A stretch of DNA of 64,000 bases from Takakia lepidozioides. Lineage: Eukaryota > Plantae > Bryophyta. Location of the stretch: assembly GCA_030704615.1 (NCBI GenBank), contig CM060734.1, positions 25,172,001-25,236,000 on the forward strand, written 5' to 3'. This document shows, in pieces, positions 50,412-64,000 of this stretch (the stretch's first letter is position 1; each line of letters begins with the position of its first letter). The translations under genes were made by a program, and so were the position numbers. The notes beneath the pieces were generated by a model. That model was not told where the DNA came from, searched no databases, and worked only from the letters and a program-made list of their open reading frames with translations.

Positions 50412-51079
50412 GAAATTTTTTTCCTTGGAAGGTGTATATGACTTGCTTAATCCATTGACTCTGCAGCTGTGTGGTACATTTAATGTTCCCTGGGGACATT
50501 GGTTATGACATACTGATTTGAGAGCATTTCCTGAGTTGTCATATCTACCCTGCAAGAGCGATGCCATCAACTAATCACACAGCCTGCACTGCATTTTTGA
50601 GATCAAAACTTGTCTGTGTAATTTCCACGTGAAAATGAGGCATATAGATGTTGAACCCAAATGACACCCGACTTGTCACACAAAAGAGAGAGCTGTGGTG
50701 GTGCTCCATAGCTAAGCCTTTGGCTGCTCTGGCAACATGGCTGGCTGAGCCCTTGGAAGTCTCATATAACACAAGTTGATGCCTACTGCTACTGCTACTG
50801 CTACACCCAACCAATCTTAATTACACATGTCCACATCCAACAAAGCCCCTGCAAATATAAGATCTCCCTAGCTTCCGCAGATATAGCTACATCTGCTTGA
50901 CAATTAGGTACTCTCACCACCTTCGCGCCGCCTCGGTTACACTGGCGTTGAGCAGCGTTTGCATTCAGTTTCGGGATCCTGCTTTCTACCAACACAACTT
51001 TCCAAGTTCAACAGAGATGACCTCCCATGGCAGAGCAGAGCAGAGCTGCTGCTGCTGCAGGAGGGAGACTTGTGGAGAG

Positions 51080-54000
51080 CTAGCCAGACGAGCCGCTGCT
51101 GCCGCTTCGAGAACGAGCGTAGAACCGAGTGAAGGCAGACACGCTGCGCGGTTTGTCCAGCGCGGCCTCGTCGCAGTCGCCGTTCATTGACTTGGACATA
51201 CTGGACCGCGTCCTGACCGACCGCAGGACGGACGCAGAAAACCGCCCGGGCGACCCAGGGACGGATGCCGACCCCATGACGGAGAAGTCGGACGGCGAGG
51301 GGGGCCGGGTGACGGGGCGGTCCAAGAATTCCTCGGCGCTCTTTGGATGCGCTCCAAACCCGTTGCAGTTTCCGTTGCTGGCGAGTTTCCGTTCCCTCAA
51401 CGCCGACGGAGTGTGATTGTGGGCATCTATGACGTGGACGGAAGCAGCCGACGGAGGGTCCGCGACCTCCGTCTGCCACCGCAGAAACTCCATGCTTTCC
51501 GTCATCTTTTGGATGGACGTTGCAGAGTCGGTCGATGTGCGGACGGCCCCATCCGTCAGCTCCCGAGTTGTTCCCAGTACCTTCAGTTGCTTTCCCAGCG
51601 CTAGAATTGTTCGCTGGCACTCCGCCAGCGCTGCTGCTGCGATTTCTTTCTCCTAATAAGAGGGAACAGATACTCTCTTTGTCAGAGGAGGGATGCCTAT
51701 GGAATGGAAATCTGTTGTGGCGGTTTGGAGAGAGGAAAGGCGAGAGGAATGCTAAGAGGGGATGCCTAGAGAGCAAATCAGGCTGCATTGAGAATCAAAA
51801 CTCTCAAGAATGGCCTGTCTTTCTTTTGGGACTATCACCACAAAGCTGCAGCAGACATGGTAATAGAATGAACGCATATTGTTTGAGGCATTCTAAGAGA
51901 TGAAGAGGGGGCCTATAGGTTCATTGGAGCGTGAGGTTCAAAGACATACCTTTCGAGACTTTCCCTCTTCTTCATCCGAAGTTGAAGGTCGAGATACAGC
52001 CCAGTCACCATCCCTCCCATGTGACCCCCCTGAGTTTTCACTGTTGGCAGCCCCCCTGCAAAGTGGGAGAGGAAATTATCAGCACCTTAACACTGCAGAT
52101 GGGATATTCCACAACATAATGCGAAGTTACCACGGGCCTTTCCAGATCCAGAATGAAGCTTGCATAAGACGAAGAACACATTACCACATTTGGAACTCAC
52201 CTGTGGATTTGCTCCTGCAGGTCTTCAAGCTTGGCAACCACCTCCTGGTGCCGCCGGCGTTCCCCATGCAATTCAACTTCCAGTGCCCCCACCTTGTCAT
52301 GCAGCTCATTCATCTCTGTGTCTGCAGCTCGCATGCTTGAAGCCAGCCCAGGGTTTGGAGAAGAAAGCTCCATCAACTCTTCCTCAATCAGTTCATCTTC
52401 CTTTCTTTTTGGGTCTTGCCCAGTACCCTGCCAGTACTAGCATGGCTTTAGTCCACAGAGACTACTACTTGGCAAGGAGTCCATAACTGAACTCTGACAT
52501 CCGATAATCTGTTCATGTATCCAGCTAGAAGTAGATGAAGATCTGTGAAGGCTTGGATGCAACAATAGTTACAAACAGGAACAGAATTTTGCATACCTGC
52601 TGCCTCCGAAGGTCAAAAAGAAGCTTCTCAGCCTCTTGAAGCTGCTCCTTCAGTTGTTCCACCTTTTCATTGGCTTCCTCCAAATTTCGCTCCACATCAG
52701 CTTTCTCAAGCTTGAGCCACTCCAGCTCGGTATCAATGCCAGCAAAGCGATTGAACTCTGCCTGCATATGGGATTCTAAGGCAGCCCTTTGTTCCTGTGC
52801 CCTCCTTAACTCTTCTTCAAGAGAAGTCTCAGGCTTGGTTGAGTGTGGTGCCGACCCTTCTTTGGGGCCACTCCCAGGCATAACAGGTGTCCCATTGTCA
52901 GTTACAAGTAGCTGGCCATTGCAATCTCCCCCTCTTCTTGAGCATTCAACTGGCTTAAGAACCATGATGCAATCCATGGCCATTCCAAGCTCCACTATGA
53001 AGTCCACCATGTCTGTCTTGCCTTGCATGAACTTATTTCCCACCAGAACAAGTCTCTGCATGCAACTGTCCAGTCGAAGGTCTTTCCATTGCATGCCCAG
53101 TACTATATGCCCGGACATTACATTTGGCTCCCCAGCCCCATCTGACCCCGTGCTTCGTCTGCTAGAGTCCATTCGCCCAGAAACTGAAGGGGCATATTCA
53201 TTGCCCATTGCTTGGGCAAGGGCTTCTACAATTCGTACAATTTTGCGAACTGCTGCTGCCAGCTCTGAATGTGCAGTACTTACCTGCAAGGACATTACAG
53301 ACTTCGGTGTCAAACACTGACTACCATTTTTGGTTTTGCATGAGAAGAAGGGGTCCAGCATAATTAATCTGATGCCATGGAACCGCATTAAGTAATCCAC
53401 CAAGGCATGTGTTCAAGTAGGGCGGAGCCCCACAAAATTGGGAAAGAAGAGATGTACAAGTGTTAGAGATCAGAATTGGTCACACTAGACTCACAAAATC
53501 CAAGGTTACTATGCCAAATCAAGAAGAAAATCTGATCTTGCCTTGGACTCAGTATCAGAGACAGAAGCATGTTCTTCTGCCACCTCCCCCTCAGATGAGC
53601 TCGCCTCTGATGCTGAACCGGTTTGCCCACTCTTCTTCACCCTGCCCAAGATGTCTTTTATCGAAAGACCAGACATCTTCTGTAAGTTTGCCCGAACGTC
53701 ATCACCACCTTTGCCCACTTCCACCTGTCTCTCAGTTAGCCGATCCAATTGATCTTGCAGGCTAATTAGTGACATTTCATTCGCAGCATTGCGGGTTTGC
53801 AAGGCAGAGAGCTGATCCTCTGCAGCCACAAGTTTAGCACCCAGGTCACTGCACATCTGCTTAGCTGCCTGCAAGTCCTTCTCCTTCAAGGCTAGGGCAT
53901 CTTCCAAGTTTGCCACTTGCCTTTGGGTGGGGGTTGTTGCAATCTCACTTGGTCCATTAACAGATGCAGTATCTGTGGCATGGTCTGATTCTGCAGGTTC

Positions 54001-57000
54001 AGACAGCTTTGCCAGCCTCTCCATCTCAATGAAATCATCCATGAGCTCAAAGTTGAGTGACTCTCGCCTGTTATCAGAATTGGTACAGCTACTCGTCTTT
54101 TCCTTCCTGAATTGATCCAGTTCAGCGACCAGTGCAGATGCCCAGGCATCTGCAGATGCGTCTCCATCAACCCCCTCAAAGGCATGGGTGTCACCACCAT
54201 CCTTGATTGATTTTGGTGTTCCTGCACCCATAATGCTGTCAGGAAAGGAGGAGGGTGGGTGCCCAGATGACCCACTTTGAGTTACTCCATGTTAGTGATC
54301 AATTTGAAATCACTGTGAGAAAATTGTCTGGTGATGTGGTCTAGCCATGCGTCATCACTAATAATACAAGTTCTCATGACATTGCACTTAGGTCCGTCCT
54401 ACACTGCTCAGATAGGGCGTCCACCTAGCTTCATTCTTGGGTAGATTTAGTTCTAGTCCAACATGGAGTGACAGAAACATTTTACCTGCTCGTCTGGTTC
54501 GCCCTTGTCCCACAAGGGTGCGCTCAAGTTCGTCTTCCACAGTGGACAATTTGCTTGCAGTTCTTGCACACATAAGCCGAGCTGCTTGCAGCTCTGCATT
54601 CCTCCTGGCTACTGTTTCCTTGAGCGTCTTTGTCTCTTCATCCATGGCCACAATTCTCTCTGCCAGCATTTCAACCTCCCGAGGGTTGGCAGTCCCACCA
54701 TTTTCATGTCCATTTTCTTGCATAACGTCCATAGCTGCAGCATCAATATTGCTGGCATTGCGTCCCAGTGAGCGTCTTCGCCTGGTATCTCCTGGATCTT
54801 TGCCAAGACCATCTACTTCCAGTCGCATGCGCTGGAGTGCTGCAGGGCCTGAACACACGGAATAGATTTACACACAAAAAGCAACATCAGTTAAGCACAC
54901 TTCAGCTGTTTCGAGTCAGGCACAAAACAAGTACAACATTTTCCAAATGAGAAGGATCATGTCCAAAATTGTGAGGAACAACTACAATACTGGTCACCAG
55001 CCTGGGTCCAGTCAAAGTAGTTATTTTCTCATCACAAATATAAGATGTTCTTGCTCAAAGTTCACAACTAGTAACAGCAATTCTAGACAATGACATGTGA
55101 ACAGACACATGAGATACCTCTTGCCTTCAACAAACTTGGTGGGAAAGGGAGAGGAGAAGAAACTTTACAAGTTCTACTATGAGACAGAGAGGCCCTTTTC
55201 TTGCAAAGAGAAAACTAAGAACAAAGATTTGAAGGGACTATACAACATACATAGGAAACCCATGGAGCAGATGAGAGAGAAGAACAGTTGGAAAGTTTGT
55301 TATGTCCATGTGAGGTCCAGAGGGGCTAAGTGACAGTAGGACAGAGAGGGATAGAGAGAGAGATGCCTGGCAGCTTCTTGCGGACCAACAAACGGAGACG
55401 GTTGCACTCATCCTCTAGCTTGGCTATCTTTTTCACGCTGTCCAGGTGCTGTTTGGCAGCAGCATCAGCTGCTTTCCGCTCATACTCTCGTTCCTGATTC
55501 CGGATCTCGAGTTCCTTGTTGAGGACATGCACTTCATACTTAAAGTTTGAATTTTCCTTCTCGATGGCCTCCAGCCGGACCTGGCAGTGTTCAGTGGGAC
55601 ATCCATCACACACATTACTCCTACCAATTTGAATGCCTTGCAAGGTCAAATTACTTTTCAAAATTTAATTATTGCACCACTTCCATCACTAAGAACCATT
55701 TCAAACACGGCATGAATAACACCGAGCCAGCCTTTTCTGTCAGGATCTTCGTCAATCACCTAAGGCAAAGCTGAGGATTACTGTGTCCCCTTAACTGGGA
55801 AGGCTGTAGTTTATGGCACTGACCTGTAAGATTTTGTTGTCAGCCTCAGCACGTCCTTTGGCTTCGCCAATCTCTGCAACGGATCTTGTGCGATCCTGTA
55901 AAGAATGTAGGAAGAAGACCAAAAAAAGTCATGACACATTGCCCATCGTTGAAGTTAAGAACCTCCACACAGGGTTGATAAAACAGTTGCTGAGGGGTCA
56001 ATTTGTGTCGGCATTGACACTAAAAACACTCTTGTTTGACTACCTTCACCTTTACATGATTGAACCTACTTGTTGGAACAATTGCTCTTCAAAAAGGGTC
56101 TTTCTGTAGCCTGTACGTACCTGCAAGGCATGTGTGAGTGCCTTGGTCTCTGCCCGTGATTCCAACAGGTCGGCTCGTGTCTGGGCCAAAAGCTGTGAAG
56201 CCTCAGCTAGCTTGATTTCCATGTCAGCTCGCAGCTTGTCATAGTCTCTGGTCTTCTTTACCAGGGCATCATGAATGCGTTGCTCTTGCTCCTCCCGAAC
56301 ATGTCTCAGCTGCTTCATGCACTCCTTCAGGGCCCCATCAAGATGGGCAACACGGTCCTCTGTTGCCAGCTTTTGCTGGAGCACCGAATCTAGTTGTTGT
56401 TTTATAGCAACTGCCTCTGCCTCCGCTTTCTCCCAGCCTGCCATACAAGCAGCCCATGTCAGGAAATCTGTCTGTGGTTAACGTCATCCCAAAGTGCAGA
56501 AACCAAAACCGACTTTAGTTGCAAGGGTAATGTGTTTTTGTTGCAGAGCAACTGCCATGTCTCTCCCTCAATTTAACAGAGAACAAATGCAATCCTTCCA
56601 AGTCTTGAGGTGCCAGCTCTGTCTTGCATGGACATCCACTACCATACAGAACATTTTTCTAGCATAAAGCACAACGTACGATGATGCAACTCTGGGAGAA
56701 TAGCAAATCATGTGGGTTACCAGTCACTGCCTCCTCTGCAACTTTGGCATGCTGCTTGACCAGGTTGTCCTTGGTAGTGATGTCAGCTAGTGCATTTGCA
56801 AGCTTTTCATTGAGGGTTTTCAGTTTCTCATCTGAGTGCAGCCATTGGTTTGTTACTCCATCTGAAATACGTGTGTGATCTTGTGATATCTTTGGCAAGT
56901 CCTGCAAAAACGTAACCAGTAAGGAAGGACAGTCTGTAGAGGCAGCTCTAATTGATGGAATGTATCCATGTAGCAATGTATGAATGTGTACTAAATTGAA

Positions 57001-57800
57001 ATGCTCTAATGTCAGCATATTCTTGACGTACAAACTTCTCTCTTGAACATTATCAAAAGAGACGGTGAAGGTAGCCAAGTAGTACATTGGGTTAGAGGGT
57101 CATGTGCAGGCTTGAACCTTGATGAACTGTTGGCATTTCTAGTCCTTTGGACCATCTATGGCCTGAATTCCTACTTTAATTTCAAATCTCTCGTCACATT
57201 TCTAATCGCAACACTGTTATTATTCAGGGAACCTTGTCATCTTATCTATGGAAGAATGTCAAAAGAGCGCCTTCAAAACCTCAAAATATCACATGGCCAA
57301 AGGAAAATAGTACATAGCAGAGCTTCTTCAAAGTCTAGTCACAGAGTGAAGACTCAGCACCTTTGGAGATGGAGCATGCAATTCTTCTCGCTGTTGAAAG
57401 TCCCATTTCTGCAGAACCACCTGTGTTTGTCATCAAGTTGGGAGGGAAAGAGACTCCCTGAGAATATATATCTACGGAAAAAACATGATAATATCCAGGG
57501 TCGGGCTATATTGGTGCTCTCAGTGCACTTCTCTTCCCAGTCCATGGCTCTCTCATACTGCACAATTCTCCAGGCCGGGGTGTCTAACCTTAAACCCAGG
57601 CACAAAATCCAAGGGCTCCAAAATAGAGAAAAAATGTAGAATTTCAGGGATCAAGCAATCTGGGAGAGAATGTGTCACACCTGTTCATCAGAAAGTCTGG
57701 TTGATTTAGGCGATGTCCCTGTAGACTCAGGCGCAGCAGCAATTTTTTCATTAGACTTTTTCTTCCATGGCCAACCTCTGCGGGAAACCTCCTTCTCCAT
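51080..57800 (-). CDS. FPP: Filament-like plant protein (DUF869 coiled-coil), ~11 coding exons
   Basis: [73 protein letters not shown]. Exons 57800-57681, 56901-56721, 56437-56121, 55895-55824, 55580-55367, 54848-~54486, ~54235-~53542, 53283-52597, 52427-52201, 52055-51950, 51652-51080. The exon 6/7 junction is unresolved. Confidence 0.92.
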
Positions 57801-60070
57801 TGTGTTAAGCACTTGCTACCCTTTCTGCTCTTGGCTTAACCTGTGGCAATCAAGGACATGCTCAGATGTGTGGATAGAGTAGGGGTTCAATGCTTAATTC
57901 CCTGCTAAAAAATGTTCTCTTCTTTGTTGTCTAAATTTCCTTTGTCACATAACCTCTTTGAGCTTCCAGTAGACCTTTGAAAGTTTTCTCTCTTTCGTCT
58001 CCTGTTCCAACACTAGCTATACCTTCCAACATTATCATGCTAAGGTCAACATGAAGGAGCAGCAAAATTCTCTTACTCTCATGCCCATCGCTTTTGTTGG
58101 GGTGCATGGCATACTGAATACTTTCTGGTCTGGGATCAAGCCAGATTATGTCAATCCAATCACAAAGGTCCCGCGCTATCCAGTTGCAATTCCATATGTG
58201 ATGTGGTCTCTCTGCAATGCAGTGCCCCATCCCACCTCTTCTGTAGCGCAGAGAGGGAGAAGGGGACAGGGCAGGGGATGGGCCAACAAAAATACGATGT
58301 CTACTTGCCTACGAGAATAAACTGAAGGCACTTAAAAGCGGAGAGTCATTGAAGAATGACGGAAACCACTGAAAATGTAGTATCCAAACAGTTTTGAAGG
58401 AAAGATGGGGACCAACACAGCTCTAACAGGGTGAGAAGAGCAGAGTGTCTGAACCCAATACATGTGTCAGTCCTCTGCACGAGATTATGGACATTGTTCA
58501 GATATCCACCAGTGCTGCGCTGAAGGGCAAGAATAAACTAGTGAACAGCTTTCATATTTGCACTCGCCAGCTATGTCGACAAGTTAGTGTGAAGTTGAAC
58601 CCAAACCAGGAAAGCTATCAGCTCCAGAGGGGTATGGCACGATCATGGCCTACAAAATCGTCAAAAGCTACAGTATTTCTGTCTGCTTGAACTCTGCTGG
58701 ATAGAAAGTCCAACCACGACAATGGCTGGAACCAGCTCTATCTTTCTCTATAATCCAATGTCAGGCTTTTGCAACGAGCAGCAAACTACTATCCGTTACA
58801 ACGCTATCCGCACATGAGCACTGCGAAGTGGACGGACAAACTACAGTCCGGCAATGATCATCATATAACTTCATTCCGGCGAAACGAAGGTCCGGTTTGG
58901 AAGCTACGACCCCCCACCTTCCAAAAGCTCATCATTGTGAACACTGCCCTATAATACTTGCCTAGCATAAATCCAGCTCAGTTCCTCGGGACCAAAGGCG
59001 ATGTGAAGAGCTAGTGTTCCATCAAATTGACGCCCTGATCGATTGAATGCCTCAAACGACCCCACACCCTACATAAGCGATGCAAAGTTCATGTTTCCCC
59101 AAGCGGATTCACTCAGTATACCTGACGAAGTGAGAACAGGCCGAGCTAACACCCAGATCTGTGGACCAAAGCGCAAGTCAGCTGAATCCTACAACTTGAA
59201 ATTAAGTGGCCTGTTCCGTTGGTCGCTAAAACCCAGAAGCCACTCTACTCGATGTAAGGAGGCCTAGACGTTGAAGACACGTGCCAATTCTTCTCAAACA
59301 GCAGAGATAGAGCAGCTTCGCTTACAGTTCAAAGCTCTAACGTGGGGAGTTCACTGTGAAAACTCATCCTCAGCAGGAGTAATTCATCTTAAGAACCGCC
59401 TCGCAATCTCCATGTTTACCAAGTCCCCTGGTTAACGGACACATTGCCAAATGCCGAGTGGCTTAATGCGAAAACCACATCTCCCGTTAGGTGCCTCCCT
59501 CCTGTTTCACCCTCAGAAAAGCAGAAGGTAGAAGAACGATGTCTTTGAGAGAAGAGCTGCCACCATGAAAAGAGTCAACGGGAGCCCACAATTGGAAGTT
59601 TTACATCCAAAGTGAGACACAGGAACAAAGAAGAAAACCAGCGCAGAGCCGTCCCCAATGTGGATCACACGAACAGAAGGTCCAGGATGCAGGAGAGAGA
59701 ACAGAGCCAAAGGAGCAGGAATCGACGGGCCCCGACTCGAGGCACAGACAAGACGCAAACTCGACCACAGAACACTAGGAGAGAAGAGAGCGGAGGAGGC
59801 AAAGAGTACTCGGGGAGCAGTCTCAGCCGAGCAAGAGGAGAAGCAATGCAGAGACGCCGGGAGAGTCTCCAGTGAGAAAATAGAAGAGGTGATTCAGGAG
59901 GGTGGCAGCAGCAAGCCACGATCTCGTGGAGAGAGGAGCTGAAAAAGCGCAGAGCCCACCTCGAGGATGGTCGCAAGATGAGGGGCCTACCGCGAAACAG
60001 CAGCTGTCTGAGCGTGATGGCCCCTCTGACACCTCCAGCGGGAAACTCTCAAGTGCGAAATCCCTTGTTA

Positions 60071-60531
60071 CTGTAGTGGGATAGCCGGTTAGGCAGAAAT
60101 TAATTTGAAAAAAAAGTGCCTAATCAAAATAAATTATTTTTTACAAGAGTGCCTAATTTGAAAAATATATCTTTAAACAGTGCCTAATTTTCAAAAATTT
60201 CTCTAAAAGTGCCTATGGTATCAAAACTTGAATTCAAATTAAAAAACAAATCTGAAATAGAAAAATAAATCTAAAAATGATATCTATTTAAAATTATATT
60301 TATTTAAAACGTCATCCATGGACTCAGTTTTCAATTTTCATCCATGGCAGCGGCTGTATATTTATATTTTTGTGTTTTCATTTTGTGATCATTATTTTTA
60401 GTTGCCTAATTTGAAAAATTACACATCCAAGATGCCTAATTTTAAAAAAATTCTCAAAAGTGCCTAACTGCCAAATGGGCCCAAAAATAATTATTAGGCA
60501 GGCAAGTGCCTAACCGGCTATCCCACTACGG
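60071..60531. mobile_element. Tc1/mariner-type MITE (461 bp) with ~25-bp TIRs and TA TSD
   Basis: TA|CTGTAGTGGGATAGCCGGTTAGGCA ... TGCCTAACCGGCTATCCCACTACGG|TA; AT-rich interior with repeated TGCCTAAT. Confidence 0.9.
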
Positions 60532-60694
60532 TATTACCCTCCTGTTTATCTTTTATGGATGGTTCTGCGCTGGAACATCGCCACCCTTTTGTGCCAAGAA
60601 TCAATTCCCTGCCACGCCGTGATCCATTGCTGCACCTCCGCATGTGCCTACCTACTTACTGTCTTTTATACTTGCCACACAGAATACTGCACTT

Positions 60695-60860
60695 GAGTAG
60701 GTAGCCCAGTGGTTGGGTGTTTGTGCCTTGCCTGTGCATAACCTAGGTGATCCTGGGTTCAATCCTTCAACATTTTCCTTCAGACCGTCCATTGGGCCCT
60801 CCATGGCCTGTGTGTTGAGCAGTAGGCTCTGTAAATTCACTATCTTTAACTTTTGTCTTT
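60695..60860 (+). mobile_element. Possible tRNA-derived SINE relic
   Basis: A-box-like TAGCCCAGTGG (60702) and B-box GGGTTCAATCC (60755) at plausible spacing; no clear TSD. Confidence 0.35.
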
Positions 60861-61110
60861 ATCTCTCTCCCGCTCGCTCGCAGAATATCGCCATCGCCAT
60901 CGCTCCACACCACCGCTATTGTTTCGAGTCTCGACGGGCAGGGCAGAGGCTGAAAAACCATTGTGGGCTCAAATGCCCGTTCTTCTTGATTTCCGTGGCA
61001 TGGTTACAAACCAAATTGATCCATTTCTCAAAGAAAGAATAAATAAAATTGATGGGTTGCGGCGCGGCACAGAGTGTCAATGGCACATTTTGCGTGGTGT
61101 TTGTTTGATC

Positions 61111-61400
61111 AAATGTCAACGTCAATGCTCCGAGTTGCACAAACAGATGTTGTGGCGTCGGAAAAGATTACAAATGTTACAACTGAGCGAAATTGTCAAC
61201 ATCAATGCTCCAAGTCACACAAACATGTTGTGGGGCGTCGGAAAAGATTACAAATGTTACAACCGAGCGAAGCAATGTTAACACTCGGTGGGGTCGGAAA
61301 AGACTAAAAATGTTACATGATCAATTACGGGGTCACCGCTCCCAGTTTCACAAATGGAGGATGTAGTGGTGGAAAAGACTAAAAATGTTACAACCAAACA
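61111..61400. repeat. 80-bp tandem repeat (2 full units plus partial copies)
   Basis: gtcggaaaagattacaaatgttacaac at ~61157 and ~61237, with variants at ~61293 and ~61370. Confidence 0.85.
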
Positions 61401-64000
61401 AAAGGTATGAGCTGTTGTGGTGGTGTGACTGTCCCAAAAGATTGAGCCTACCGTCACCTCAAAATAATACAGCCATGTTGTCCGGAAAGTTGTGTTACCT
61501 ATGTCGAGAATAACAGAGATTCCTCTGATAAATCATAGTTCAAATTTCCCAGTTTTTTTTTTTTTTTTTTCCTTGGCCCCCAAGTTGCAATACACTCAAC
61601 ACGGGCAGGGAACAAAGAGGGCCCACGTCCATGCAAGGAACCTTTCTTATAATATGTATTGACCTGGGAATCCGCCGAGTTACCCCGGACGTATCAAACC
61701 ATGAAGCAAACCTAAATAAGCGAATTTCGATCATCAACGTGACACATAGAGATATCACATCACAAGGGATGCGAGGGAGTTGAGTCATGCTGCAGTTTTT
61801 CGGCTCAAGAATCCAATATGAACACAAGCAAACTACGTATTTAGAAGAGTGATGGAGGGGGGGATGCAATTGGGCTCTAGAAAATTGGGACACGATTCGG
61901 ATCAAGAATCCTCGAATGGTGGGTGATCATGACACACTTTGTACTTTTAGAAGAGCGATGCAGGACACGATTCGTAAGATGCTCTAACTTAGAGCATCTG
62001 GGGGGGGGGTACACCAAACAACACTGCAACGGTAACCTCCCGTGGCCTCCAACACTCCCCTCCCCCCAGGGGCAACCCCAAACTACCCACATGTCTTTTG
62101 GCTGACCTGTCTTGCTCTGGAGTGACCACACTGACAGACGCCGCCTTACCCTCACGCCATAAATGCAGACAGTCGTGTTTTTCAGTCGCTCCAGCAGGTA
62201 CCGGCCGGGCCGAGAGGGCATCCTACACGAAAGTACGGGCCCTGGGGTGCGGATACCAGGGCCAGGGGCTCCTTTGCCGTTTCCAGGGCATTTAGGGACC
62301 CCCGGTGGAGATGCTCTTGGGACATGCCACAATTCAGGTCAAGAATCCTCGGACGGCCGGTGATTGTGAACCCAAACATCCGTTGTATATTTAGAAGTAG
62401 TGGGCGTCTAGAAAATCCCTTGGCCTGCTGACCAAAATCTGAATGAAAAAGCATCTGGGGTAGATAACTAGGTTAGGCTCCAACCATCAACAATATTCGG
62501 CCCGACTCCCTTTCACATTGCTAATCGCAGTAATTGTCACCAAATCTGGAGGTGCACAAATGATTGAGTTCCTGTTTTAAATAAATAAAGAAATGGCCTA
62601 ATGTTGTTTTGGGTCACATTTTTTCATCATTCCGGACTTTCTTTGGCCGATAATACATGAATGACACAACCAAAATAATAATTGGTTGATTCACTTCTAG
62701 GCCATAAAATTCTTCAAAAATGAATTTCTTGGGAATCTGAGTGGAGAGGAAGTTGAACTAGGGCTAGGTGCAGGCTGATAAGTAGCTCTGGCAGACTGGT
62801 AAGGCCATGAACCCATCATTCAATTGTCAAATGCCAGCAACACTGTTGGACACACAAGCCACTTGGAGGATGTGTTCTCACTTTGAGCTCTTTGGGAGCT
62901 TGGAATCTGTGCATGGACCTCTGTGCAAGGCTCTGTTGTTGGCTCCAGGCTGGGCCGAATGTTGAGGGTGGAGCCTTGCAGCCCAACACTCAAGCCCGTC
63001 CTGCTTTGCATCTCCAGCTCAACTAGGTAGGCCAAGTCAAAGTCAGCTTTGCTGTGTGCTTAGCTGTAGAAGCGATATTTTTAATGGGGTTGTTTTAGGC
63101 TTCCAGAATATCAGAGCTTCAATTTACTTGGTGGAAATGACACCAAGCATGATAATGGACATGAACCGGTTCTACACCTGATTGCGCAGTGGACGGTTCG
63201 TATCATAGTCAAGCGATGCAAACTAGTTAACAATTGTAAGTATGTACCTTGCTGTGTATGAACTATGAATACGCTATGACTCCAATACTCGACCTCAAAA
63301 AATTGGGGGTGAAGGACATGGTCCTACCCACCCTTGGGCCTCTGTTTTGCACATGGGTTATTGCCCTTAAAGCACTCCATTTGATATTTGGAAAAGTTAC
63401 AGGCCCTGGTGGTTTTATTAAAAATAAAAAGAGAATGATGTGTACTACCATCAAGCCAGTAATTATCTGGAAGAGAGAGGACGTATGTACCAATGAGGTA
63501 CATGATGGCATCTTTGTACCACTTGAAATTAACAATGCATGTATTTCTCTACCCATTTCTATCATGTCACAGTGAATGTATTTCATCCGAACTTGAGTAT
63601 TTCCCTTTGAATCTTTGATGAAAATCTGATTCAGAAAGTGAGATTTGTGTAATAATACCTGATCCTTGCCAGAGACCGGCTATACTTGATGTATTTTGTT
63701 TCTCCACAGAAACTGTAACTGCAAACTAATCCATAATGGAAATGTACTGAGTATAATCTCTACAGTTACAGTGAGGTCCAGAAGAGTGGGATGGACCAAT
63801 GTTGTCTCTCCAACATGATTGCTGCACTTGAACCTCCTCCTCTCTGGAGTTGATCCGTCCAGGCCTGCTACACACAAGCTTGAAAACTTGAAGGATTGAA
63901 CGCCTACGGATCATGAACCTGGAATGAGTACCACAAAAATCAAAAGCTAATGATGATGATATAGTTAGTTATAACTTATAACACTCCACAAGATCTTAGG

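Noticed and set aside
61540-64000. Genes or elements in the last 2.5 kb
   Set aside because: Short ORFs, a T-run and small repeats are present, but no recognisable domain or paired termini.

Overview
Eukaryotic nuclear DNA from a land plant. PLS-DYW PPR genes, an FPP gene, a chromovirus and spliceosomal introns point to a non-seed, probably moss-like lineage (inference). Bases 1-35 kb are a nested, rearranged transposon block with three parts. (i) A decayed multi-gene cassette: unknown spliced gene, GCGACCGCC/GGCGGTCGC hairpin array, intronless kinase, three long fold-backs, 120-bp repeats and a RING-H2 gene. (ii) A young full-length Ty3/gypsy chromovirus (13305-20282, TSD TAGAA) plus two complementary halves of an older copy that appear split by an inversion. 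(iii) The most interesting unit, a Mutator-like element (~21.9-29.9 kb): a GCM-like/DDE/SWIM transposase and a ParB/Srx-like gene are arranged divergently around ~33 copies of a 24-bp palindrome on a near-strict 53-bp period, and the palindrome half-site ATGCGG matches the core of the animal GCM binding motif. Bases 35-50.5 kb hold decayed host-type genes (HAD hydrolase, a probable plastid protein, PLS-DYW PPR paralogs, a tRNA-Arg relic) with LINE and CACTA scraps. Bases 51-58 kb hold a largely intact filament-like plant protein gene with a MITE upstream. All calls were made by eye; no searches were run.
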